A DNA stretch of 64,000 nucleotides from Vulcanimicrobiota bacterium. Its GTDB lineage: Bacteria; Vulcanimicrobiota; Vulcanimicrobiia; Vulcanimicrobiales; Vulcanimicrobiaceae. Positions 1 through 11,711 of the stretch are shown here, in pieces. A model generated the notes under the pieces. It was not told the origin of the DNA. It saw nothing but the letters and a program-made list of their open reading frames with translations, and did not search any database. The position numbers were made by a program, and so were the translations under genes. Numbering within the stretch: position 1 is the first letter of the stretch; every line of letters starts with the position of its first letter. The stretch is taken from NCBI GenBank assembly GCA_963714015.1, contig OY970223.1, forward strand, positions 2,304,001 through 2,368,000, in the 5' to 3' direction.

Positions 1-516
1 GCGCAGGACGCGAAAGAGATTGCACGGCATTTGCCTCCGTTCATCACTCCGGTCGGCGTCTTCGTCAACCCAAGCTATGACGAGCTCGCCGGTGCTCGAG
101 CGATCTTTCCCGACTTGGTGTATCAGCTGCATGGATGCGAGCCGGCGCCGTTCGTGTCTTCCGTCGACGGCAAGATCATCAAGACGGTGCATGTGCGGCC
201 GGACGGCGACGACGCGCAGGAATTGGAGAGGCGCGCATTCGAGCACCCGCGCGCGATCGTTCTTTTTGACACGCGCGTCGAAGGTGCTGCCGGCGGCACG
301 GGCATCGCTTTCTCCTGGCGCGACGTCTCGCAGATTGCTCGAAAGCGGCCGGTGATGATTGGCGGAGGCTTGACCCCGGAAAACGTGTCCAACTGCGTAC
401 GCACGGTTCGGCCGTACGGCGTCGACGTTCGAAGTGGAATCGAGACCGGCGCAAAGAAGGATCCGCTCAAGATGCGGATGTTCGTGCAGGCGGTAAAGGA
501 AACCGATGCGTCCTGA
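1..516 (+). CDS. trpF: Phosphoribosylanthranilate isomerase, 5' end outside the window
   Basis: Frame open from base 1; [13 protein letters not shown] and [11 protein letters not shown] motifs; overlaps trpB. Confidence 0.93.
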   Translation, partial: AQDAKEIARHLPPFITPVGVFVNPSYDELAGARAIFPDLVYQLHGCEPAPFVSSVDGKIIKTVHVRPDGDDAQELERRAFEHPRAIVLFDTRVEGAAGGTGIAFSWRDVSQIARKRPVMIGGGLTPENVSNCVRTVRPYGVDVRSGIETGAKKDPLKMRMFVQAVKETDAS

Positions 517-1684
517 CGATCGCGGGTATTTCGGCGAATTCGGGGGCAGGTTCGTTCCCGAGGTGTTGATCGCCGCGCTCTCGGAGCTCGAACGTGAAGT
601 AGAAGTCGCGTTCGATTCGCCGCAGTTTTGGGCCGAATACGAATCCATTCTCCGCGAGTTCGTCGGACGGCCCAGCCCCATCTACAGTGCGGAGCGATAC
701 GCCGCGGACCTCTCCGGCGTTCGATTTGTAATAAAACGCGAAGACCTGAATCACACGGGCGCGCATAAAATCAACAACACGGTCGGTCAAGCATTGCTTG
801 CGCGGCGAATGGGCAAGACGCACCTAATCGCGGAAACCGGCGCCGGACAGCATGGAGTCGCAACGGCAACGGTCGGCGCAAAGTTCGGAATTCCGGTCGA
901 CGTCTACATGGGGACGCTCGACGTGGAGCGTCAGGCGCTGAACGTCTACATCATGAAGTTGCTCGGCGCGGCCGTTCATCCGGTGGCCGGAGGAACGCAG
1001 ACGCTAAAGGATGCGACGAATGAAGCGTTCCGGCAATGGGCGGCTCGCGTGGACGACACGTTTTACGTCATCGGGAGCGTGGTCGGTGCGCATCCGTACC
1101 CGTACATGGTGCGCGAGTTCCAGAAAGTCATCGGCGTGGAATCCCGGCGGCAGTGTCTGGAGCGCTTCGGCTGCCTCCCGACCGATGTCGTCGCTTGCGT
1201 CGGCGGCGGAAGCAACGCAATGGGAATTTTCGCCGGCTTCATCGACGACCCGGACGTGCGTCTGTGGGGCGTCGAAGCCGCCGGGGAAGGAATTCAAAGC
1301 GGGCGCACCGCGGCAGCGATTACCGCCGGAAGCATCGGCGTGCTTCACGGTTCTCGTTCCTACGTTCTGCAGACTCCGCAAGGGCAAGTCGTAGAGACTC
1401 ATTCGATCAGCGCCGGACTCGATTATCCCGGTGTGGGCCCCGAGCACGCACACCTCAAACACACCGGACGTGCAACGTACGTTCCGGTGACGGACGCGGA
1501 AGCATTGGAGGCGTTCTTCGCTTTTGCCCGCGCCGAAGGAATTATTCCGGCGCTTGAAAGCGCGCACGCGATCGCGTTCGCGCGCCAACTTGCGGCGGAG
1601 CGTACGGCCGACGACCTCATCCTAGTGAACTTGAGCGGGCGCGGCGACAAAGACATCGCCCAAGTCCGCGCATTTGCGGGCTGA
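506..1684 (+). CDS. trpB: Tryptophan synthase beta chain
   Basis: [15 protein letters not shown] (PLP lysine), [30 protein letters not shown]. Confidence 0.98.
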   Translation: MRPDDRGYFGEFGGRFVPEVLIAALSELEREVEVAFDSPQFWAEYESILREFVGRPSPIYSAERYAADLSGVRFVIKREDLNHTGAHKINNTVGQALLARRMGKTHLIAETGAGQHGVATATVGAKFGIPVDVYMGTLDVERQALNVYIMKLLGAAVHPVAGGTQTLKDATNEAFRQWAARVDDTFYVIGSVVGAHPYPYMVREFQKVIGVESRRQCLERFGCLPTDVVACVGGGSNAMGIFAGFIDDPDVRLWGVEAAGEGIQSGRTAAAITAGSIGVLHGSRSYVLQTPQGQVVETHSISAGLDYPGVGPEHAHLKHTGRATYVPVTDAEALEAFFAFARAEGIIPALESAHAIAFARQLAAERTADDLILVNLSGRGDKDIAQVRAFAG

Positions 1685-1686
1685 GA

Positions 1687-2487
1687 TTGCCGAAGCCGCA
1701 AATGGTTGAGGAGATCTTCAAGCCCGGAAAACTTGCCTTCATCCCCTATCTGATGGCCGGCGATCCCGATTTGGAGACGACCGCTCGAGTGATGCGCGCG
1801 TTGGCACGGGCCGGCGCAAATGCGATCGAGCTGGGGATTCCCTACGGAGATCCGCTCGCCGACGGTCCGACAATCGCGGCGGCGGCCGGTCGAGCATTGC
1901 GCCGCGGCGTGGGGATAGCCGAGGTGCTTGATTTGGTTCGCGAGCAGGCTCGAACGTTGCCGCCCATTCTGCTCTTCACCTATTTCAATCCCGTTTACCA
2001 ATACGGAGCCCAAAGATTCGCGCGCGAGGCCGCCGCCGCCGGTGCCGCCGGTGCCATCGTTCCCGACGTCGCGCTGGAGGAGGGCACCGCGCTTCGTGAA
2101 GCACTCGCGGCAGCGAATTTGGCCATGCCGCTGCTGGTAACTCCATCGACGCCTCCCGAACGCGCTGCGCGCATCGCGGCCGAATCGACCGGTTTCGTCT
2201 ACGTTGTTTCGCGTTTAGGCGTTACCGGCGCGGGTTCTGCGCCGGACTTCACGCTGATGCGCGGACAGATTGCCGCGCTGCGTGAGGTTACGAAGAAGCC
2301 TTTAGCCGTCGGGTTCGGCATGAGCTGCGCCGCGCACGTCGACCAAGTGCGGGGTTTGGTCGACGGCATCATCGTCGGAAGCGCCATCATTGACGCCTAC
2401 GCGGGGCGCCGGGGCGAGAATGCTGCAAAGAGCGTCGCGGACTTCGCGGCGTCCCTTCGGATCGATGCAACGAGCGGCGTGTCATGA
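1687..2487 (+). CDS. trpA: Tryptophan synthase alpha chain (start may be ATG 1702)
   Basis: IELGIPYGDPLADGPTI, SRLGVTG, VGFG, DGIIVGSA. Confidence 0.97.
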   Translation: MPKPQMVEEIFKPGKLAFIPYLMAGDPDLETTARVMRALARAGANAIELGIPYGDPLADGPTIAAAAGRALRRGVGIAEVLDLVREQARTLPPILLFTYFNPVYQYGAQRFAREAAAAGAAGAIVPDVALEEGTALREALAAANLAMPLLVTPSTPPERAARIAAESTGFVYVVSRLGVTGAGSAPDFTLMRGQIAALREVTKKPLAVGFGMSCAAHVDQVRGLVDGIIVGSAIIDAYAGRRGENAAKSVADFAASLRIDATSGVS

Positions 2488-2660
2488 CAAGACCTTCGTC
2501 ATCAGTATCGTGTCCCAGACTCTCACCGTTTTGACGCACGGCGTCGCGTGCATAATACTCGCGACGCTCGAAACCTGCTTTTCGGTAAAGCGCGAGGGCG
2601 GCCGTATTTCCAACTGCGGGGCTCCTCAAGCATGGATGCTGTCTGACGCCCGCTTTCTTT
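2480..2660 (-). pseudogene. Remnant of the C-terminus of a GNAT acetyltransferase
   Basis: GNTAALALYRKAGFE matches the GNAT N-x2-A-x2-LY-x-K-x-GF motif; in-frame stop just upstream and no N-terminal half. Confidence 0.5.
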
Positions 2661-2784
2661 TAGGGCCGGCGCGACGCTTGCCGTAACCCCCCGCCGGAAC
2701 CATGAGTTAAAATAGAGCGGCGCCCGGCCGGCGCCCACCGTATACCCTCGCTGCAGCGCCGCCTTTTGAACAGGAGAGAATTGA

Positions 2785-4356
2785 TTGAGCACCACGCTTG
2801 AGCGCATTGCGCCCTTCACCAACGAGCCCATCAAGACGTTCGCCGATCCGGCGGACGCTGCGGCGATGCAGGCCGCGCTTGCCTCAGTCAAATCCGGATT
2901 CGGCAAGAAGTATCCGCTGCTCATCGACGGCGAGCGAATAGAGAGCAAGAATCACATCCCCTCAATCAATCCCTCACAGCCCGAGGAAATAGTCGGCGAC
3001 GTGGCTGCGGCCTCCTTGGAGCAGGCAAATCGCGCAATCGAGATCGCTCACGAGCGCTTCGACAGTTGGAAACGCACGACCGCGCAAGAGCGCGCGGATT
3101 TGATCCTGCGGGCCGCAGCGATGATACGCGAGCGCCGGTTCCACTTCAACGCATTGCTCGTGTATGAAGTCGGAAAGAGCTGGGTCGAAGCCGATGCGGA
3201 CACCGCCGAAGCGATCGACTTTCTCGAGTTTTACGCTCGCGAGTCGCTGCGCTACGCCGGCAAACAGCCCGTGACGCCGATACCCGGCGAAGAAAACGAA
3301 CTGCGATACATTCCGCTGGGCGTGGGCGTTGTGATTCCGCCGTGGAACTTTGCGTTCGCAATCATGGCCGGCATGACGTCGGCCGCGGTCGTGACCGGTA
3401 ACACCGTCGTGCTGAAACCCTCCAGTGATTCGGCGGTCATTGCGGCGTGGTTCGTGGATCTGCTGCATGAGGCCGGGTTGCCGCCTGGCGTCGTGAATTT
3501 CGTTCCGGGAAACGGCAGCGTTATCGGCGATGCGATCGTCGAGCACCCGCTCACGCGCTTTATCTCATTCACCGGCAGCAAAGAAGTCGGTCTGCGCGTC
3601 AACGAGCGCGCCGCTAAAACGGCCAAGGGCCAGAAATGGATCAAACGCGTCGTCGCCGAGATGGGCGGCAAGGACTCGATCATCGTCGCAGCCGACGCGG
3701 ACATCGACAAGGCAGTCGACGGCGTTGCAGTCTCGGCGTTCGGATTCCAAGGCCAGAAATGTTCTGCATGTTCTCGCGCAATCGTCGACGAGAGTATCTA
3801 CGACGACTTCCTCGATAAACTCAAAGCGCGCGTGGCGAAGATCACCGTCGGCGATCCTTCGGACAAGTCTAATTACATGGGGCCGGTGATCAACGAGCGC
3901 GCCATGAAAACGATTCAGCAGTACATCGAGACCGGCAAAAAAGAAGGGCGGCTCATCGCCGGAGGAAACCGGACGAACGCGGGCGGCTACTTTCTCGAGC
4001 CGACGGTTATCGCCGACGTCGCGCCGGACGCCGCGATCGCTCAGGAAGAGATTTTCGGGCCGGTGCTGGCCGTCATCAAGGCTCGCGGTTACGATCATGC
4101 CCTTGCAATCGCGAACAACACCGAGTTCGGTTTGACGGGCGCCCTATATTCGGCGGACGAGCAGAAACTCGAACGCGCGAAGGAAGAATTCTTCGTCGGC
4201 AATCTCTATCTGAACCGCAAATGCACAGGCGCCCTGGTGGGCGCAAATCCCTTCGGCGGATTCAACATGTCCGGCACGGACAGCAAAGCGGGCGGCCAGG
4301 ACTATCTGCTGCTCTTCCTTCAGGCGAAATCGATCTCTCGCAAAGTAAAAGCATAA
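2785..4356 (+). CDS. pruA: 1-pyrroline-5-carboxylate dehydrogenase (RocA/PruA type)
   Basis: PFTNEP N-terminus, PWNF, FTGSKEVG, EMGGKD, FQGQKCSACSR, PFGGFNMSGTDSKAGG; AGGAG before the TTG start. Confidence 0.95.
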   Translation: MSTTLERIAPFTNEPIKTFADPADAAAMQAALASVKSGFGKKYPLLIDGERIESKNHIPSINPSQPEEIVGDVAAASLEQANRAIEIAHERFDSWKRTTAQERADLILRAAAMIRERRFHFNALLVYEVGKSWVEADADTAEAIDFLEFYARESLRYAGKQPVTPIPGEENELRYIPLGVGVVIPPWNFAFAIMAGMTSAAVVTGNTVVLKPSSDSAVIAAWFVDLLHEAGLPPGVVNFVPGNGSVIGDAIVEHPLTRFISFTGSKEVGLRVNERAAKTAKGQKWIKRVVAEMGGKDSIIVAADADIDKAVDGVAVSAFGFQGQKCSACSRAIVDESIYDDFLDKLKARVAKITVGDPSDKSNYMGPVINERAMKTIQQYIETGKKEGRLIAGGNRTNAGGYFLEPTVIADVAPDAAIAQEEIFGPVLAVIKARGYDHALAIANNTEFGLTGALYSADEQKLERAKEEFFVGNLYLNRKCTGALVGANPFGGFNMSGTDSKAGGQDYLLLFLQAKSISRKVKA

Positions 4357-4363
4357 GCTGCTC

Positions 4364-5533
4364 GTGCAAGAACTGCGCCTGCTGCCCAAGGCGGATCGCC
4401 GCGTCCGCCTCGGGCACGCGTGGATCTTCAGCAACGAAGTCGACATCGCCAAGACGCCGCTCACCGCATTCGAACCAGGTACGCTGACGGTCGTTCGTGA
4501 TGCTTTGGGCAAGCCGGTCGGCACGGCATACGTCAATCCGGGCGCGCTTATTTGTGCGCGCATTCTCACCAGCGATGCCAAAGCGGTCATCGATGCAGCA
4601 TGGTGGACTGCAAGAATTCGTCGCGCGGTCGAGCTACGCGAGCGGCTGTATCCGACGCCGCATTATCGTGCGGTTTACGGCGAGTCCGACGGCTGTCCGG
4701 GGCTGGTCGTGGATCGCTACGGCAGCGTGCTCGTTGCCCAGCTCAACACCGCCGGCATCGTACGGATGCGCGACGACGTCCTGGGAGCACTTCAGGCGGT
4801 GCTTGAACCCTCCGGGATACTCCTCCGCAGTACCGCTTCCGTACGGCAATTTGAAGGTATCGCCGAGTTCGACGAAGCGATCGGCAACGTCCCCGAACTT
4901 GCCGGCGTCGTAGAAGAGAACGCGGAGTTTTCGGCACCGCTGCGCGCGGGACAGAAGACGGGCTATTTTTTCGATCAGCGCGACAACCGCTCGCGCTTAG
5001 CGCGGTATGCACGCGGTGCGAGCGTATTAGACCTCTATTCGTACATCGGCGCCTGGGGCATTCGCGCAGCAAAGTTCGGTGCCGCTTGCGTTACGTGCGT
5101 CGACAGCTCGGCGCCTGCCTTGGAGTACGCTCGCGAAAACGCGCAGCGCAACGGCGTTGCGATCGAAACGCAACAGGCGGACGCGCTGGAGTGCCTCTCG
5201 GCGTTCGCAAATGCGGGGCGGCGTTTCGACGTCGTCGTCGTGGATCCGCCGGCCTTGATCAAGCGGCGCAAGGACATTGCGGCCGGGCAAGGGTTGTACG
5301 AACGGCTCAACCGTCTGGCATTCGCAGTCGTCGAACCCGGCGGACTCCTGATCTCTTGTTCGTGCTCGCACCACCTTACTGCGGAGATGCTGCAGCGCGT
5401 GCTTCTGGGAGCCGCTAAGGACGCGGGCCGCCGTATCCAGATTCTGGAGCGGCATGCTCACGCGCCGGATCATCCCATTCATCCGGCGATGCCGGAAACC
5501 GAGTACCTAAAGGCGTTCTTCGTTCGCGCCTAG
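4364..5533 (+). CDS. RlmI-like SAM-dependent rRNA methyltransferase
   Basis: GHAWIFSNE, ESDGCPGLVVDRY, GQKTGYFFDQRDNR, DPP, DHP...ETEYLK. Confidence 0.9.
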   Translation: MQELRLLPKADRRVRLGHAWIFSNEVDIAKTPLTAFEPGTLTVVRDALGKPVGTAYVNPGALICARILTSDAKAVIDAAWWTARIRRAVELRERLYPTPHYRAVYGESDGCPGLVVDRYGSVLVAQLNTAGIVRMRDDVLGALQAVLEPSGILLRSTASVRQFEGIAEFDEAIGNVPELAGVVEENAEFSAPLRAGQKTGYFFDQRDNRSRLARYARGASVLDLYSYIGAWGIRAAKFGAACVTCVDSSAPALEYARENAQRNGVAIETQQADALECLSAFANAGRRFDVVVVDPPALIKRRKDIAAGQGLYERLNRLAFAVVEPGGLLISCSCSHHLTAEMLQRVLLGAAKDAGRRIQILERHAHAPDHPIHPAMPETEYLKAFFVRA

Positions 5534-5910
5534 TCTTCGCGATAACAGATCTCGAGCTTGTTGCCGTCGGCGTCTTCGAAGAACGTCGCGTAATACCATG
5601 GATACTCGGCGCTATAATTTTCGGGCGGTTCGAACGCCGGCGCGCCTGCTTTGTGCGCTATTGCAGCTAAACGATCGACCTCGTCGCGGCTGCTCGCGCG
5701 GAATGCGATCCGGGAGCGGTCCGGCCGGTGATCGCGATCCAGCATCAAACCGAAGAACGGCCGGGATCGCTGCTTGCCCGGTTCGTGGTAATTGATCTCT
5801 TCGGCGCCGTCTTCGATCAACGTAAAACCTAGGGCCGGCAGCAGCGCATCGTAGAGCGCGCGAACTTTGCGCAAATCGGTTACGCGGAGATCGACGTGAT
5901 CGTACAGCAT
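5530..5910 (-). CDS. VOC/glyoxalase family protein
   Basis: DHVDLRVTDL...YDALL and YYATFFEDADGNKLEIC. Confidence 0.9.
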   Translation of the reverse strand: MLYDHVDLRVTDLRKVRALYDALLPALGFTLIEDGAEEINYHEPGKQRSRPFFGLMLDRDHRPDRSRIAFRASSRDEVDRLAAIAHKAGAPAFEPPENYSAEYPWYYATFFEDADGNKLEICYRED

Positions 5911-5916
5911 GTTCAT

Positions 5917-6072
5917 TCACCTCGTAGTGCTCGACGTATTCGGGAAATTCCAAGAAAAAGCGCGCGTCCTCCGGATAGTGCATTGCCTTCGCAACCCCCG
6001 CTTCGGCGTCGCCTTCCGGCGCGCCGCGGCGGCGCCGGCCGAATACGGCCTCGCCAAAATTCGCGCAGTCAT
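5917..6072 (-). pseudogene. Internally deleted ABM-like (antibiotic biosynthesis monooxygenase fold) gene
   Basis: N-terminal MTARI-(+1 nt)-WRGRIRP and C-terminal AKAMHYPEDARFFLEFPEYVEHYEV resemble the two ends of the MIARIWxG...YYPEDxxFLLE..V.HYEV family; the middle is missing. Confidence 0.5.
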
Positions 6073-6076
6073 CACC

Positions 6077-6211
6077 TCAGAGCAGCCGGCTGAACGGCAG
6101 CGCCAAACCGGCGTCTCGGACGTGCGAGTCGTCCGCGCACCTAACCGGCATCCGCAGGCGCAGCTCGATGTAGTCGAAGACCAGCGGCAGGCAGCGATTG
6201 CTTTGAACCAT
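6077..6211 (-). CDS. 44-aa small protein of unknown function
   Basis: AGGAGG Shine-Dalgarno before ATG 6211; divergent from the CGNR regulator. Confidence 0.4.
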   Translation of the reverse strand: MVQSNRCLPLVFDYIELRLRMPVRCADDSHVRDAGLALPFSRLL

Positions 6212-6297
6212 TTGTAACCTCCTAAAGTAACCTGCAAACATCATATATTGGTTAGGGTAACTTGTCAACAGAGTTTGGTGGTGCTAGACTTGAGGGC

Positions 6298-6858
6298 GTG
6301 AGCGAAAAAGCTCCGGCGGGGCTGGACATGGTTCGGCGGTTTTTGAACACCGTAAGCTTCAGCGGCGGCGGCGATGGCCTGCACGGTCCGGACCGCTTGG
6401 CGGAGTGGTGCGCCGCCGAGGGCCTTCCTTGCGAGGACTCGCAGGAGGCGTTCGATCGCCTGCGGTCTTTTCGGGAGGCGCTGCGGCAAACCGCGTTTGC
6501 GAACGCCGGGCATGGCGACCGCCTGGAAAGCTGGCGACAGATCGAACCTTACGCACGGAGCAGCCGCTTCCGAGTCGCGATCGATCAGGCGGGCAACCCC
6601 AAGCTGGCCGCGGCAGGCGAAGGGATCGATCGGACGGTCGCAAGCGTATTGGCAAGCGTGTACGACGCAGTGCGCAGCGGCGACTGGCAGCGCTTCAAGG
6701 CTTGCCGAGCGGACGATTGCCGTTGGGCATTCTACGATCGATCGAAAAATGGTTCGGGAACGTGGTGCAGTATGGCCGAATGCGGCAACCGTATGAAGGC
6801 CCGCCGTCGCCGGCGGCGCACGTCGAATACGGGTAAAGTCGCATCCGAGCAAGCGTAA
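6298..6858 (+). CDS. ABATE/CGNR zinc-finger regulator
   Basis: C-terminal CRADDCRWAFYDRSKNGSGTWCSMAECGNRMK; GTG 6298 preferred as start over 6262. Confidence 0.92.
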   Translation: MSEKAPAGLDMVRRFLNTVSFSGGGDGLHGPDRLAEWCAAEGLPCEDSQEAFDRLRSFREALRQTAFANAGHGDRLESWRQIEPYARSSRFRVAIDQAGNPKLAAAGEGIDRTVASVLASVYDAVRSGDWQRFKACRADDCRWAFYDRSKNGSGTWCSMAECGNRMKARRRRRRTSNTGKVASEQA

Positions 6859-6878
6859 AAATACTTTCGGATTCGCGC

Positions 6879-6907
6879 TTGACTTCAGTAGATGCCCGCG
6901 GTATGAT
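6879..6907 (+). promoter_or_regulatory. Sigma70-type rRNA operon promoter
   Basis: TTGACT (6879-6884), 17-nt spacer, TATGAT (6902-6907). Confidence 0.8.
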
Positions 6908-7323
6908 GCTCGTCGTGACTCTGACGCCTATGCGCAGCGGTGCCGTCCAGAAATGGTATGTCATCCTGAGCGTGTCGAAGGGCGGCCCGATCGGGCCCGG
7001 CGTCGGCGTTCGTTCCTTGAAAACTGAACAGTGCAGTAGCGCATAAGTCTGTGGGTCTCTAAATCAGTAGATAGAGGCGCCGAAAGGCGTTTTTTGTTTG
7101 CCGGTTTCTGAGAATTTTGGTTGGATACGCGACGTTCCCGTTCCACCGGGGACTTCGAACGGTCCGACCGTACAAACTTTATGGCTAATTCTTCGTGAAC
7201 CTCAGGATGATCAGGGCGCAAGCCTTGCTCGCCGGCGGTCGCGAGGGGTGGATAGATTCGCAATCTATCCTTATATAGTCAGCGAATATTTGAGAGCCAA
7301 CTAAAGACGGCTCCATAAAATTT

Positions 7324-8832
<1,509 letters not shown>

Positions 8833-10051
8833 AGTACATGCAGTTGGTTCACGCCTAGCGTGAATGCAACTGCGGAGTACATTCTAAGTCGACCACAGAC
8901 GATGCCATCGAAAACGCGACCATGACTTGCCGGCAACGGTAAGGGAAGTCGCGGACCAGGGGTCTACCGAGCATCTCGCTCGTATGGCTGAGGTTCATGG
9001 CCGTTATTGTCATCCGTTGTCGCCCTATGGGTTGTCAAGGGATTACAGTTGACGATGCGCGGCTCTCTTAAAAAGAGGGTTTATCATTTCCGTCCGGCCG
9101 CTCTTGTCTGGTTAGGCCGCTTGAAGCCGTCCTGATGTTCGCATCACAAGGTTCCAAGCAACGACACCAGTCAAGGCGGAGGATCAAGATACTGCACTGT
9201 TCAGCTTTGAGGGAACGAACCTCGCTGCAGTTGACCATTTCGGTGTGTCACTGATTTGCGAAAGTTCCACTCAAGGCCCGATCGAGGCTATCGCTCTCGG
9301 CACGCGTTTTCAAGGAAATCGTGTCCCGAGCGCAAGGCAGTTTTCGGCCGCCGTTTACTTTGGTAAACAAGGTCGAAAACAACGCAGCGATCGGACACGA
9401 GATCCTTGAAAACTGCATAGAGAAGAACTTTCATGTGTCAAACATGAAGCGGCCCGCAGCGGCTTATTTCCGTAATCGCTGTGGGTGCAATTTCAATTTA
9501 TATTGAGAATCAGTCAAAAATTAATAAGAGCACGAGGTGGATACCTTGGCTCCACAGGCGATGAAGGACGTACCAAGCTGCGATAAGCCAGGAGAAGCTG
9601 CTAAGAAGCGAAGATCCCTGGATTTCCGAATGGGGCAACCCCCGAGCCGTCATGGGCTCGGACTCCACGATGAATTCAATAGTCGTGAGAGAGCGCACCC
9701 GGTGAACTGAAACATCTAAGTAGCCGGAGGAATAGACATCAACCGAGATTCCCCTAGTAGTGGCGAGCGAACAGGGAACAGCCTAAACCGCGTATGTGCA
9801 AGCGATCAGGCGTTGCATGCGCGGGGTTGTACGGCAACCATCTCAGCACTGATCTGCTGAGCGCAAGTTACAAAATCGATCGATAGCGGAAGCCGGCTGG
9901 AAAGCCGCACCACAGAAGGTGATAGTCCTGTATGCGAAATCAATCGATCTTGCGGAGTTGTTCGTGAGTAAGGCGGGGCACGGGAAACCCTGTCTGAAGC
10001 TGGGAGGACCATCTTCCAAGGCTAAATATTCTGTGGAGACCGATAGCGCAT

Positions 10052-10084
<33 letters not shown>

Positions 10085-10564
10085 GAGGGGAGTGAAATAG
10101 AACATGAAACCGCGTGCTTACAAACCGTGAAAGCACTATTTTTATATGTGTGATTGCGTGCCTATTGAAGAATGAACCTGCGAGTTACTTGGTACGGGCT
10201 AGGTTAAGGTGTTGAGCCGGAGCCGTAGCGAAAGCGAGTCTGAATAGGGCGCTTTGTCCGTATCAGTAGACCCGAAACCAAGCGATCTATCCATGAGCAG
10301 GGTGAAGCATGATTAACCTCATGTGGAGGCCCGAACCTGTTGTTGTTGAAAAAACATTGGATGACTTGTGGATAGGGGTGAAAAGCCAATCGAGCTTGGA
10401 GATAGCTGGTTCTCCCCGAAATAGTTTGAGGACTAGCGTTACGATTTAACCCTTGGGGGTAGAGCACTGACAGGGCTAGGGGGCTTACCGGCTTACCGAA
10501 CCCCATCAAACTCCGAATACCGAGGCGAACATCGTAGCAGTCAGACGGTGGGGGATAAGCTCCA

Positions 10565-10605
<41 letters not shown>

Positions 10606-11015
10606 TAATATATGCTCAGTGGTAAAGGAAGTCTCGTCGCACAGACAACTAGGAGGTTGGCTTAGAAGCAGCCACCCTTGAAAGAGTGCGTAATCAGCTC
10701 ACTAGTCGAGTGATGGGGCGCCGAAAATGTAACGGGGCTCAAGCATATAACCGAAGCTTTGGGATTATGTCAAACATGATCGGTAGGGGAGCGTTGTAGC
10801 GTAGGCAGAAGGTCGACCGCGAGGACGGCTGGACGAACTACAAGTGCGAATGCAGGTATAAGTAGCGAGAAAAGAGAGTGAGAACCTCTCTCGCCGGAAG
10901 TCTAAGGTTTCCTGAGCAACGTCAATCGTCTCAGGGTGAGTCGGGAGCTAAGCCGAGGCAGAGATGCGTAGGCGATGCACAAGCAGTTCATATTCTGCTA
11001 CCACCGATGACCGTT

Positions 11016-11198
11016 TGATTACTTCCGAACAATGTTAAGTCGTATCGCCTCTTCGTCTTTTGTTAGACGAAGCGGCTCTTGATTTTCTCTCGAGCGCTAT
11101 GCCGGCGCCGGCGCCGCAATCTACTGGATTGCAAGCCGATCGACGGCGACGCGATCGAAGAAAACCAAAGACGGCTTACCATCGTTCGTAGGTAATCA
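11016..11198 (+). other. Intervening sequence (IVS) in 23S domain III, near E. coli position 1415
   Basis: 183 nt of extra sequence closed by a 28-bp imperfect stem (11016-11043 with 11171-11198). Confidence 0.8.
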
Positions 11199-11711
11199 TG
11201 AATCGAAGGGATGACGGAGGAAGATATGCCAGCGCACCGATGGATGCGTGCGTTTAAGCTGGTAGGGGGTCACGTAGGCAAATCCGCGTGGCTAACCCCG
11301 AGAAGCGAATACGAGGATCTTCGGATCTGAAGTGGCAGACTCTACGCTTCCAAGAAAAGTCTCTAGATAGGATCATAGGTGCCCGTACCGTACACCGACA
11401 CAGGTAGACTGGCAGAGCATGCTAAGGCGACGGGAGAACCCCTGTTAAGGAACTCGGCAAATTGACCCCGTAACTTAGGGAGAAGGGGTGCCTTCTTCGG
11501 TCTAGTTTTTACAACGAAAGCTGAGGGAGGTCGCAGAAAATAGGTCCAAGCGACTGTTTAACAAAAACACAGGTCTCTGCGAACGCGAAAGCGGACGTAT
11601 AGGGGCTGACTCCTGCCCGGTGCTGGAAGGTTAAAGGGAGAGGTTAGCGCAAGCGAAGCTTTGATCTGAAGCCCCAGTAAACGGCGGCGGTAACTATAAC
11701 CGTCCTAAGGT

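Noticed and set aside
4364..5533. Functional link between the RlmI-like gene and the nearby intron-containing 23S
   Set aside because: Only proximity supports it; the gene follows pruA.
5917..6211. Readthrough or selenocysteine at TGA 6077-6079 (and at 17545)
   Set aside because: No redox motif or convincing SECIS; at 6077 the downstream ABM-like remnant has its own SD and ATG at 6072.
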